From: Christensenellales bacterium
GTDB lineage: Bacteria; Bacillota; Clostridia; Christensenellales; UBA1242
Assembly: GCA_051889995.1 (NCBI GenBank)
Contig: JBJFDL010000003.1
Coordinates: 112,838 to 176,837 of the forward strand
Length of the DNA stretch: 64,000 nt
Direction: 5' to 3'
The position numbers and the translations under genes were made by a program. Under the pieces are notes generated by a model that saw nothing but the letters and a program-made list of their open reading frames with translations, was not told the DNA's origin and made no database searches. Shown one piece after another: positions 42,635 to 50,930 of this stretch (positions are counted from its first letter, which is position 1; every line of letters begins with the position of its first letter).

Positions 42635-43495
42635 ATTTTAGGAAGGGTTTGTAAGATTAATAATAATACTTTTATTGTGTTTAGTGATGATGTTTACTAT
42701 AATTGTTTTTCACAAAAAAAAGTAAAGAATCTCGGCAATATTTTTGTTGGAGATTTTGTTGAATTTGATAAGGTTGGGGGAGATTTTGTTATTAAAAAAG
42801 TGATGGAAAGAAAAAATAAATTAATCCGTCCTTTTGTTACAAATATTACTCAAATTTTTATCGTATTATCGAGCGAACCTGAGCCAGATTTTGTTTTAAT
42901 TGATAAATTAATAATAAATGCAATTATGAACAAAATTAAGCCCATTTTGGTCGTTAATAAGTGTGATTTAAAATCAAACATAAAAGAAATAATTGAAAAA
43001 GAATATCTTAATTCTAATATAGAAAGAGTATTTGTTTCTAGTAAAGAAAAGACTAATATTGATGAACTCAAAAATATGCTTTTGGGAAACATAACAGCGT
43101 TTGCTGGTCAAAGTGGAACGGGAAAAACAAGTTTAATTAATGTTTTGTTTAATCACACAGGTGAAGTCGGAAAACTTAGCGATAAAATAATGAGGGGTAA
43201 AAACACAACGAGAAACGCAGAATTGTTAGTGATAAATAACGAAACATTTGTTTTAGATACTGCAGGATTTTCTAAAATTGAATTTAGTGATATGAATCCA
43301 AACGAGATTAAAAATTGTTATAATGAATTTAATAATTGTGAATGCGTTTATAAAAATTGTAATCATATTTATGAGGGCGAAAATAAATGTGGTGTGATTA
43401 AAAGTGTTGGAAAAGATATTGATAAAAACAGATATGAAAGATATAAATTGATTTTTATGGAATGTGATGATTTGTGGAGAAAAAGATATGATTAA
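42635..43495 (+). CDS. rsgA: Ribosome small-subunit-dependent GTPase RsgA, probable non-AUG (ATT) start
   Basis: VVNKCDL, GQSGTGKTS, DTAGF and zinc cluster C.C....C.H......C. Conserved OB-fold N-terminus ILGRVCKINNNTFIV is encoded upstream of the ORF-track GTG 42677. SD AAAGGAGA at 42619-42626 and no ATG/GTG/TTG between 42608 and 42676. Confidence 0.85.
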   Translation: MLGRVCKINNNTFIVFSDDVYYNCFSQKKVKNLGNIFVGDFVEFDKVGGDFVIKKVMERKNKLIRPFVTNITQIFIVLSSEPEPDFVLIDKLIINAIMNKIKPILVVNKCDLKSNIKEIIEKEYLNSNIERVFVSSKEKTNIDELKNMLLGNITAFAGQSGTGKTSLINVLFNHTGEVGKLSDKIMRGKNTTRNAELLVINNETFVLDTAGFSKIEFSDMNPNEIKNCYNEFNNCECVYKNCNHIYEGENKCGVIKSVGKDIDKNRYERYKLIFMECDDLWRKRYD

Positions 43496-44126
43496 AGTTT
43501 CGGTTTCAAGTTTAATTTATAAAGAAGAAATTTTAGAAAATTTAAAAGAAATTATAGATAGTAAGTGTGATTTTCTTCATTTAGACATTATGGATGGAAG
43601 TTTAACTGAAGATAAAACTTTTAATTATGAAACAATTAAAAAAATAGATGCTAAAACAACACTATTGCTAGATTGTCATTTAATGGTTAATGAACCAAGT
43701 AAAATTATTCAATCGTATTTAGATGCAAACACAAATATTCTTACTGTTCATTACGAAGCTTTTAAAGATAAAAAAGAATTAATTAAAACCTTAAAATTAA
43801 TTCGTGGAAATCATAGAATTAGTGGGCTATCTATTATGCCAAACACAAAAATTGAAGAAATTGAGTTTTTAAAAGACTATTTCGATTTGCTTTTGATTAT
43901 GAGTGTTGAAATTGGGAAATATGGTCAACAATTCATTGAAAGCACATTTGATAAAATTAAATTAGCACGACAAAAATTCCCTAATACATTAATTGAAGTT
44001 GATGGGGGAGTTAATTTAGATAATGTTTCTAAACTAAAAAAGTTAGGAGTAGATATTATCGTTGTTGGTGGTGCATTTAAAAGAAGTAAAAACAAAAGAG
44101 AATTAATAACCAAATTGAAGGAATAA
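43488..44126 (+). CDS. rpe: Ribulose-phosphate 3-epimerase (divergent)
   Basis: LHLDIMDG, DCHLMV, TVHYEA, IMSVE.G..GQQF and IEVDGGVN. ATG 43488 overlaps the rsgA stop by 8 nt. Confidence 0.8.
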   Translation: MIKVSVSSLIYKEEILENLKEIIDSKCDFLHLDIMDGSLTEDKTFNYETIKKIDAKTTLLLDCHLMVNEPSKIIQSYLDANTNILTVHYEAFKDKKELIKTLKLIRGNHRISGLSIMPNTKIEEIEFLKDYFDLLLIMSVEIGKYGQQFIESTFDKIKLARQKFPNTLIEVDGGVNLDNVSKLKKLGVDIIVVGGAFKRSKNKRELITKLKE

Positions 44127-44152
44127 ACATATACTTGTTTTAGGGGGATTAT

Positions 44153-44230
44153 ATGATTATTTGTATTAAAGCACCTAGGGTTATTGTTCCATTATTAAAA
44201 TTACTATTTCATAAGCAATTAAAGGGGTAA
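44153..44230 (+). CDS. spoVM: Stage V sporulation protein M (25-aa amphipathic peptide), absent from the ORF track
   Basis: SD AGGGGGA (44142-44148), ATG 44153. MIICIKAPRVIVPLLKLLFHKQLKG resembles B. subtilis SpoVM MKFYTIKLPKFLGGIV... (IK.P+ motif). Same rpe / spoVM / rpmB synteny, and its own terminator. Confidence 0.65.
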   Translation: MIICIKAPRVIVPLLKLLFHKQLKG

Positions 44231-44254
44231 AAAGGGGTATTAGCTCCTTTTTTG
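44231..44254 (+). terminator. Terminator after spoVM
   Basis: AAAGGGG / CTCCTTT stem (one G-U pair) followed by a T-run. Confidence 0.55.
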
Positions 44255-44330
44255 CTTGTTTAATAATTTCGCATCTTGTGGTGAAAGGAAAGAATCTTTA
44301 TTGATTGGACAAGCGAGAAAATTTTGGCAT

Positions 44331-44380
44331 AAAAAAACTCCCATACGGGAGCAACAAAAAAGTGAGGATTTAACTCACTT
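44331..44380 (-). terminator. Tandem rho-independent terminators after rpmB
   Basis: On the minus strand: AAGTGAG-TTAAATC-CTCACTT followed by T6, then CTCCC-GTAT-GGGAG followed by T7. Confidence 0.75.
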
Positions 44381-44385
44381 AAAAA

Positions 44386-44565
44386 TTAGTCTTTTAATGT
44401 TTTTAAACATTTTGTGCAAACATATTGACTTTTTGTTGTGCCATCTACTTCAACTTTAACTTTTTGTAGGTTAGCATCATAATGTTTATTAGTTTTAATG
44501 TTTGAGTGACTAACTAAATTGCCTTTCATTTTGCCTTTGCCGCAAATACTACAAACTCTGCTCAT
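44386..44565 (-). CDS. rpmB: 50S ribosomal protein L28 (Cys-containing zinc-ribbon form), absent from the ORF track
   Basis: Reverse-complement translation MSRVCSICGKGKMKGNLVSHSNIKTNKHYDANLQKVKVEVDGTTKSQYVCTKCLKTLKD (59 aa). SD AGGAG lies 10 nt upstream of the start. Confidence 0.92.
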   Translation of the reverse strand: MSRVCSICGKGKMKGNLVSHSNIKTNKHYDANLQKVKVEVDGTTKSQYVCTKCLKTLKD

Positions 44566-44764
44566 ATATAATTAACTCCTTTGATTAGATATCATTTAAA
44601 ACTTAGATAGTTTAACATAAAAAAACAAATATTGCAAGTATTTTTATAAATTTAAATAAAAAATAAAAAAAATTTTTAAATTATCAAAAAAATATTGATT
44701 TTAACAAAAAAATTGTGTAATATATAATTGTATTGTTATTTGATAATACAATCTTGGAGAGGGT

Positions 44765-45115
44765 ATGTCTGTAAACACAACAAATTCTTATGGTAAAATT
44801 TATATAGCAGATGAAGCACTTGAAAGCGTATGTGGTAAAATTGCTTTAGATTGTTATGGTGTCATAGATTTGGTCGCTAATAAGTTTAGCGACAATTTGC
44901 ACGAACTTTTCAAGAAAAAGAACGCAAGTAAAGGTGTTAAGGTTTTAACAGTAGATAACAAAATTTATATTGATTTATTCGTCATATTAAAATATGGCGT
45001 TTCTATAAATGCCGTTGCTGAATCCTTAAAGAGTTCAATAAAATATTTCGTAGAGAAATTTACTGGAATGATTGTTGATACAGTAAATGTCAATGTTCTT
45101 GGCATAAGGGTTTAA
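44765..45115 (+). CDS. yloU: Asp23/Gls24-family protein (YloU-like)
   Basis: GKIYIADEALESVCGKIALDCYGV. Divergent from rpmB and upstream of yloV, as in B. subtilis. Confidence 0.85.
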   Translation: MSVNTTNSYGKIYIADEALESVCGKIALDCYGVIDLVANKFSDNLHELFKKKNASKGVKVLTVDNKIYIDLFVILKYGVSINAVAESLKSSIKYFVEKFTGMIVDTVNVNVLGIRV

Positions 45116-45149
45116 CGGCTTTTTTGTATATTAGGGGGAAATTTTGCAA

Positions 45150-46781
45150 ATGCAAAAAAGTATAAATGGTGCCACCTTTAGAAAAATGATATTAGCAGGT
45201 GGAAAGGTTTTAGAAGATAATCGAAGTTATGTTGATAGTTTAAATGTTTTTCCTGTGCCAGATGGAGATACGGGAACAAATATGAGCTTAACTTTAAATA
45301 GTGCAGTTAAAGAATTAAATGCTTGTCCAAACAACAATTTGGACAGTTTATGTGAAGCAGTGCAAAAAGGTGCTTTGAGAGGTGCAAGAGGTAACTCTGG
45401 CGTCATTTTATCACAAATTTTAAAAGGTATTTGTTCTGTTTTAAGTGAAGAAAAAGAAATTACGGTTAAAAGTTTTGCAAAAGCAATTAACAGTGGTGCA
45501 GAAGTGGCATATAATGCTGTTACAAAGCCAAAGGAAGGCACAATTTTAACAGTAATTAGAATGATGAGTCAAGCAGCGACTAGGCTATCTAAAAAGAACA
45601 TTGAAATTGAAGAATTTTTAAAAGGCGTTTTAGACGAAGGTGAAATTGCATTGCAATCTACGCCAGATTTGCTTCCTGTTTTGAAAAAAGCAGGCGTCGT
45701 TGACAGTGGTGGACAAGGCTTAATGCTTATTTTCACTGGATTTTACAAACTTTTAGTTGACGAAGATTCTTTAGAAATTAAACTTGATGCAAAACCACAA
45801 CAAGTCATTAAATCTAATGCAGAAATAAGTTTAATGGATTTGGGTGATATTGAATTTGCATATTGCACAGAATTTATGGTAATTCAAATGCATAAAAAGA
45901 CAACAGAAAGCGATATAGATAAATTAAGAGAAAAACTTATGGAAATTGGTGATTCTGTAATTTGTATTGGCGATTTAAGTCTTGTTAAAGTTCATGTTCA
46001 CACAAATGAACCAAATAAAGCATTGGCATATGGATTAGAACTTGGTGAATTATTTAACTTAAAAATAGAAAATATGCTTGAAGAAAACAGAGAAATTAGA
46101 AAACAAAGAGAACAAGAACAATTAAAAGAATTTGGTATTATCGCAATTTGTGCTGGTGAAGGACTAGTTTCAACATTTAAAGATGTTGGTGTAGACTACG
46201 TTTTGGAAGGTGGTCAAACAATGAACCCTAGTGCTGATGACATTTTAAAGGGAATTGAACAAGTTAATGCAAAAAATATTTTTGTTTTACCAAACAATAA
46301 AAATATTATTTTAGCGTGCGAACAAGCAAAACAACTAACAACTAAAAACTTAATTGTTATTCCTTCTAAAAACATTCCTGAAGGAATGAGTGCTTGCATT
46401 GCATTTAACCTTGATGCCAGTGTTGAAGAAAATGAAAAAACAATGAACGAAGCCTTATCTATGGTTAAATCGGCAAGTGTAACTTATGCTGTCAGAAACA
46501 CAAACGTAGATGGAATACAAATTTCTAAAAATGACTTCATTGGTTTAACTGATAGTTGTATTTTAACTAAAGGTGAAAATGTATCTGACACGGTAATTAG
46601 TTTAATTAGCAAAATAATCACTGAAGATAACTATAATATAACTTTATTTTTTGGCGAAGATGTTAGCGAAGCAGATGCTCAAATATTACAACAAAGGTTG
46701 CAAGAACTATACCCTAACATTGAAGTTGCTTGTTATTTTGGTGGACAACCAGTTTATTATTACTTAATTTCTATTGAATAA
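45150..46781 (+). CDS. yloV: DAK2-domain fusion protein YloV
   Basis: LNVFPVPDGDTGTNM DAK2 motif plus a DegV-like C-terminal half. ATG 45150 gives MQKSINGATFRKMILAG, colinear with B. subtilis YloV. TTG 45144 is an alternative start. Confidence 0.88.
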   Translation: MQKSINGATFRKMILAGGKVLEDNRSYVDSLNVFPVPDGDTGTNMSLTLNSAVKELNACPNNNLDSLCEAVQKGALRGARGNSGVILSQILKGICSVLSEEKEITVKSFAKAINSGAEVAYNAVTKPKEGTILTVIRMMSQAATRLSKKNIEIEEFLKGVLDEGEIALQSTPDLLPVLKKAGVVDSGGQGLMLIFTGFYKLLVDEDSLEIKLDAKPQQVIKSNAEISLMDLGDIEFAYCTEFMVIQMHKKTTESDIDKLREKLMEIGDSVICIGDLSLVKVHVHTNEPNKALAYGLELGELFNLKIENMLEENREIRKQREQEQLKEFGIIAICAGEGLVSTFKDVGVDYVLEGGQTMNPSADDILKGIEQVNAKNIFVLPNNKNIILACEQAKQLTTKNLIVIPSKNIPEGMSACIAFNLDASVEENEKTMNEALSMVKSASVTYAVRNTNVDGIQISKNDFIGLTDSCILTKGENVSDTVISLISKIITEDNYNITLFFGEDVSEADAQILQQRLQELYPNIEVACYFGGQPVYYYLISIE

Positions 46782-46809
46782 TAAAAAAGTATAAGTGTTT
46801 ATAATTAAA

Positions 46810-46836
46810 ATAGTTATTCTATAATAACTATTTTTT
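46810..46836 (+). terminator. Rho-independent terminator after yloV
   Basis: ATAGTTATT / AATAACTAT stem, loop CTAT, T-run. Confidence 0.75.
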
Positions 46837-46843
46837 ATATTTT

Positions 46844-46880
46844 AAAAAAAAGAGAAAGTTGATACTTTCTCTTTTTCTTT
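46844..46880. terminator. Bidirectional terminator (serves the minus-strand small gene)
   Basis: A-run, AGAGAAAGT / ACTTTCTCT stem, loop TGAT, T-run. Confidence 0.7.
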
Positions 46881-46885
46881 GAAAA

Positions 46886-47065
46886 CTATTTGCAACTTTT
46901 GCTTCTAGAATTTGTTTTGCATCTTGAATTAGATTTACATCTTTTTCCAGCGCTTCTAGAAGTTTCTACTTGATTAGATTTAGTTGCTGTTTTGCTTCTA
47001 CTAGCATTATTTGAACAATTTGAACAGTTATGTGTGCTAGTGCTTGCATTTTTCTTTCTTATCAT
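46886..47065 (-). CDS. Small (59 aa) highly basic Ser/Lys/Asn/Cys-rich protein, function unknown
   Basis: SD AGGAGGTG upstream of the ATG (MIRKKNASTSTHNCSNCSN...SRCKTNSRSKSCK). Five Cys including a CxxC, and no hydrophobic core. The ORF-track GTG start lies inside the SD. Confidence 0.55.
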   Translation of the reverse strand: MIRKKNASTSTHNCSNCSNNASRSKTATKSNQVETSRSAGKRCKSNSRCKTNSRSKSCK

Positions 47066-47279
47066 AATAGTTTTCACCTCCTATAACATTGTAAAGAAAA
47101 TTTGATAAAATTTTTTAAATTTTATGGTTAAGGTCTTTTCTTTACAATTTTAGTTTTAGTTTTTTTTCGACTTTTTATTACATTTTTTATTGGTAATAAA
47201 ATCCAAATAAATAATGATTAAATATCAATTAAATTTTAAATATCTTCATATTTTATAAAAATATTAAATAGAATAAAGT

Positions 47280-47528
47280 ATGCAAGAAAAAAAGATTATT
47301 TTGTCGCAACTTAAAATTGGGCAATCTGCCTACGTTGTTGGAATTACTGGTAATTTAAAGGTTAAGACCAGACTTATGGAGTTAGGTTTTTCTAAGGGGA
47401 CACTTGTTAGAATTTTAAATATTTCAAGTTTAAAAAAGAGTTTTTTAATTGAAATTCGTGGTTTTGTTCTGGCATTAAGGGAAAGTGCTGTCAATATGAT
47501 TGAAGTAATTTTAAGCAAGGAGAGTTAA
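47280..47528 (+). CDS. feoA: Ferrous iron transport protein A
   Basis: 82 aa SH3-like FeoA: L..L..G....V....G......RL.ELGF..G. Precedes feoB. Confidence 0.88.
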   Translation: MQEKKIILSQLKIGQSAYVVGITGNLKVKTRLMELGFSKGTLVRILNISSLKKSFLIEIRGFVLALRESAVNMIEVILSKES

Positions 47529-47530
47529 GT

Positions 47531-49648
47531 ATGAAATATGTTTTGTGTGGAAATCCTAATGTTGGTAAAACGACTTTTTTAAATAGTTTAACGGGATTAA
47601 ATGAGCATGTTGGCAATTGGCATGGAGTTACTGTAGATTTTAAGGAAAAAGAATTTGTTTTGAATGGACAAACCCATATAATAACTGATTTGCCCGGATT
47701 ATATTCTTTAACTTCTTTTACTTATGAAGAAAGCGTTGCGAGAGATTATTTTTACCAAGGAAATGAAAATTTTATAAATTTAATTGATAGTAATAATTTA
47801 GTGAGAAATTTATATCTAACCTTGCAACTTCTTGAAAGTGGAAAAAGAGTAAAATTGTGTTTAAATTTTGCTAACGAATTAAAGAAAAACCATATAGAAA
47901 TTGACCAAAAACTTCTATCAAAATGTTTAAAGACGAGCGTTTGTTTAATTAATTGTCAAAATAAGAATGAGGTTAATCAAATTTTTGATGATAATTTTAA
48001 AAACGACTTCGATTGCCCATATTATAGAGATTTACCACTACAAAAAGTTAAGCTAATTGTTAAAAATAATTTAAACGGCATTTCAGGTTTAAAAGAAGAT
48101 TTTATTTTAGTTAAACTTCTTGAACAAGATGAATACTTTTTTGAACAATTAAACTTAAATAATCAACAAATAAAGCAAATAAAAGATTTAAATTTAAAGG
48201 AAAAAGTTATTTCCTTAAGATATGATTACATTGACAAAATTCTTTCGAAATGCCTTAAAAAAGATGCCAACAAAGTTTATGGATACAGCAAATTAGATAA
48301 AGTAATTTTGAATAGATTTTGGGCTTTACCAATTTTTCTTGGAATAATATTTTTAATTTTTTTTATAACATTTTCTAGTGTGGGGCCAATACTGAGTGAT
48401 TTTATAACGGGTTTACTTGAAAAGTTTCTAATTTCACCGTCAATGTTTTTGCTTGGAAAAATAACAAATTCAAGTTTTATTCTATCTTTTTTTGAAAAAG
48501 GCGTTTTTTCAGTTTTTATAACGTTAGCAAGTTTTTTACCTCAAATTGTTTTATTGTTTTTCTTCTTATCTTTGTTGGAAGATACTGGGTATTTAAGCAG
48601 ATTAGCCTTTACTTTTGAAGATATATTTTCAAAAATTGGTTTGTCTGGTAGGGCAATTTTCACTTTATTAATGGGATTTGGTTGTAATGCAACGGCAGTT
48701 TTGTCTAGCAGAACATTAGAAGATAAAAATAGCAAAATAAAAACTGTAATGTTATCTGGTTTTATGAGTTGTTCAGCAAAAATCCCAATTTATAGTGTAA
48801 TTATAGGAACATTTTTTAATAATAATATATTAATTATTTTTTTCTTATATCTACTTGGCGTTTTAGTTTCCTTATTATTAAGCATTATCCTAGAAAAGTC
48901 CATTTTAAAGAGCAAAGAACAAAGTTTTATAATGGAAATGCCTGCTTATAGAATACCAAACATTAAACGTATTTACAAAGTTATACATTCAAATATAAAA
49001 GAATTTTTAATTAGAGTTTCAAGTGTTCTTTTCACTTTCTCAATAATTATTTGGTTTTTACAAAACTGGACAACAAACTTTAAATTTATAACTGATAATA
49101 ATTATGAAAATAGTATTTTAAATTGTATTGGAAATTTTCTTTTACCAATCTTTAAGCCACTAGGATTTGCATCTAGTGGAGTAGTTTGCGTTTTAATTTG
49201 TGGAATTATAGCTAAAGAAATTATTGTGTCAACTATGGCAATTATAAATCGTGTTAGCATTAACTCAAGCACAAATAGTTTATCTCAATCGATTTTAAAT
49301 CCAGCATCTGCAATATGTTTTAATCCAATTAGCGCCTTTTCATTTTTAGTTTTTTCTCTGTTGTATGTTCCTTGCATCACAACACTTGCTGTGTATAAAA
49401 AAGAAATTGGAGTTAAATGGACGTTATTTGCCATTGTTCTTCAACTTGCTGTTGCTTATTTAATAACTTTCATTTTTAATAAAATGCTTATATTGTTTTC
49501 TGGATTAAATTTTTTATCAATATTTCTATCTCTTTTAATTTTTGTCTTAATAATTGTGGCATTTAATGCTTTAATTAAACTTTTAAAAAAGCCAAAAATA
49601 TGTTGCTTTACTTGTAACAATTGTTCTAGAAAATCTTGTAGCATATAA
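47531..49648 (+). CDS. feoB: Ferrous iron transporter FeoB with fused C-terminal TM plus Cys-rich tail
   Basis: G domain GNPNVGKTT and DLPG, gate and core TM regions, then an extra terminal helix and KKPKICCFTCNNCSRKSCSI. Confidence 0.93.
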   Translation: MKYVLCGNPNVGKTTFLNSLTGLNEHVGNWHGVTVDFKEKEFVLNGQTHIITDLPGLYSLTSFTYEESVARDYFYQGNENFINLIDSNNLVRNLYLTLQLLESGKRVKLCLNFANELKKNHIEIDQKLLSKCLKTSVCLINCQNKNEVNQIFDDNFKNDFDCPYYRDLPLQKVKLIVKNNLNGISGLKEDFILVKLLEQDEYFFEQLNLNNQQIKQIKDLNLKEKVISLRYDYIDKILSKCLKKDANKVYGYSKLDKVILNRFWALPIFLGIIFLIFFITFSSVGPILSDFITGLLEKFLISPSMFLLGKITNSSFILSFFEKGVFSVFITLASFLPQIVLLFFFLSLLEDTGYLSRLAFTFEDIFSKIGLSGRAIFTLLMGFGCNATAVLSSRTLEDKNSKIKTVMLSGFMSCSAKIPIYSVIIGTFFNNNILIIFFLYLLGVLVSLLLSIILEKSILKSKEQSFIMEMPAYRIPNIKRIYKVIHSNIKEFLIRVSSVLFTFSIIIWFLQNWTTNFKFITDNNYENSILNCIGNFLLPIFKPLGFASSGVVCVLICGIIAKEIIVSTMAIINRVSINSSTNSLSQSILNPASAICFNPISAFSFLVFSLLYVPCITTLAVYKKEIGVKWTLFAIVLQLAVAYLITFIFNKMLILFSGLNFLSIFLSLLIFVLIIVAFNALIKLLKKPKICCFTCNNCSRKSCSI

Positions 49649-49672
49649 AGATAAATATTCATACACTAAAGT

Positions 49673-50929
49673 ATGAGTAAATATCAAATTTTTGGACAAA
49701 GAAAATTAGAGGGTCAAATTAGTGTAAAATCTAGCAAAAATGCGTCCCTGCCAATTTTAGCAGGGGCTATTTTATGCAACAAAGAAGTTGTGTTAAATAA
49801 TTTACCATTGTTTACAGATATTGAAAATATGGAAAAAATATTAACTCATATTGGTTGCAAAATACGAAGAGTTGATGACAAGACGATTATAAATACCGAA
49901 AATATAAATAATACATATATTCCAAATGAATTAACTAAAGAAATTCGTTCGTCAATATTTATGTTAGGGCCAATGCTTACAAAAATGAAAAGGGCAAAAA
50001 TTGCTTTTCCAGGTGGGTGTAATATTGGCAACAGACCTATAGACTTACATCTTAAAGGACTAAAAGCACTAAATGTTGAAATAAAAGAAGAGCACGGATA
50101 TTTAATTTGCAATGGTGAAAATATGCACGGAAGTGAAATTATACTTGATTTCCCAAGCGTTGGTGCAACTGAAAACTTAATGATGGCAGGAGTTGGTGCA
50201 AAGGGTAAAACAATAATTAGAAATTGTGCAAGAGAACCTGAAATTGTAGATTTACAAAATTTTCTTAAAAAAATGGGTGCAAAAATTAAGGGCGCTGGAA
50301 CGGAAACAATTATTGTTGAAAAAAGTGACTTAACAAAAATGAACGAAATTTCTTATACTCCCATTCCAGATAGAATAATTGCAGGGACTTATTTGCTTGC
50401 TGTTGCTAGCTGTGGGGGGAAAGTCGAAATTTGTAATGTTTTACCTAAACATTTACACAGTTTATTAAATAAATTACAAAATACTGCTTGCAATTTGCAG
50501 ATAAAAAATGATAAAATACTAATAGAAGTTGGTTCTAAGCTAAATGGATTTAATATTGAAACAATGCCATATCCCGGTTTTCCAACTGATTTACAACCAC
50601 AATTAGTTAGTTTTTTAACAACAGCTAAAGGAACTAATATTGTTACTGAAAATTTATTTGAGGGGCGTTTTAAGCATATTCCTGAATTAATTAAAATGGG
50701 CGCAAATGTTGTTGTTAAAGACAAAACGGCAATTATTATGGGAGTAGAAAGTTTAAGTGGTGCAGAAGTTTCTGCGACTGATTTAAGGGCAGGAGCAGGA
50801 TTAGTAATTGCAGGATTAACAGCAAAAGGCTATACAATTGTCGATAATATTCATCATATTAATCGTGGATATGAAAATTTAATGGATGAACTGAACTCAA
50901 TTAATGCAAATATAAAGCTTGTGGAGTGA
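49673..50929 (+). CDS. murA: UDP-N-acetylglucosamine 1-carboxyvinyltransferase
   Basis: KSSKNASLPILAGA, active-site PGGCNIGNRPIDLHL, and RGYENL at the C-terminus. Ends in TGA. Confidence 0.95.
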   Translation: MSKYQIFGQRKLEGQISVKSSKNASLPILAGAILCNKEVVLNNLPLFTDIENMEKILTHIGCKIRRVDDKTIINTENINNTYIPNELTKEIRSSIFMLGPMLTKMKRAKIAFPGGCNIGNRPIDLHLKGLKALNVEIKEEHGYLICNGENMHGSEIILDFPSVGATENLMMAGVGAKGKTIIRNCAREPEIVDLQNFLKKMGAKIKGAGTETIIVEKSDLTKMNEISYTPIPDRIIAGTYLLAVASCGGKVEICNVLPKHLHSLLNKLQNTACNLQIKNDKILIEVGSKLNGFNIETMPYPGFPTDLQPQLVSFLTTAKGTNIVTENLFEGRFKHIPELIKMGANVVVKDKTAIIMGVESLSGAEVSATDLRAGAGLVIAGLTAKGYTIVDNIHHINRGYENLMDELNSINANIKLVE

Positions 50930-50930
50930 A

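Noticed and set aside
44256-44459. Plus-strand 67-aa ORF between rpe and yloU.
   Set aside because: It is antisense to the real rpmB gene and its terminators. It starts with TTG, has no SD and has no recognisable features.
47208-47230. Fur-box-like sequence AAATAATGATTAAATATCAATT upstream of feoA.
   Set aside because: Only the first half matches the GATAATGATAATCATTATC consensus, about 10 of 19 positions. In roughly 70 percent A+T DNA this is not distinguishable from chance without a scoring matrix and genome-wide background.
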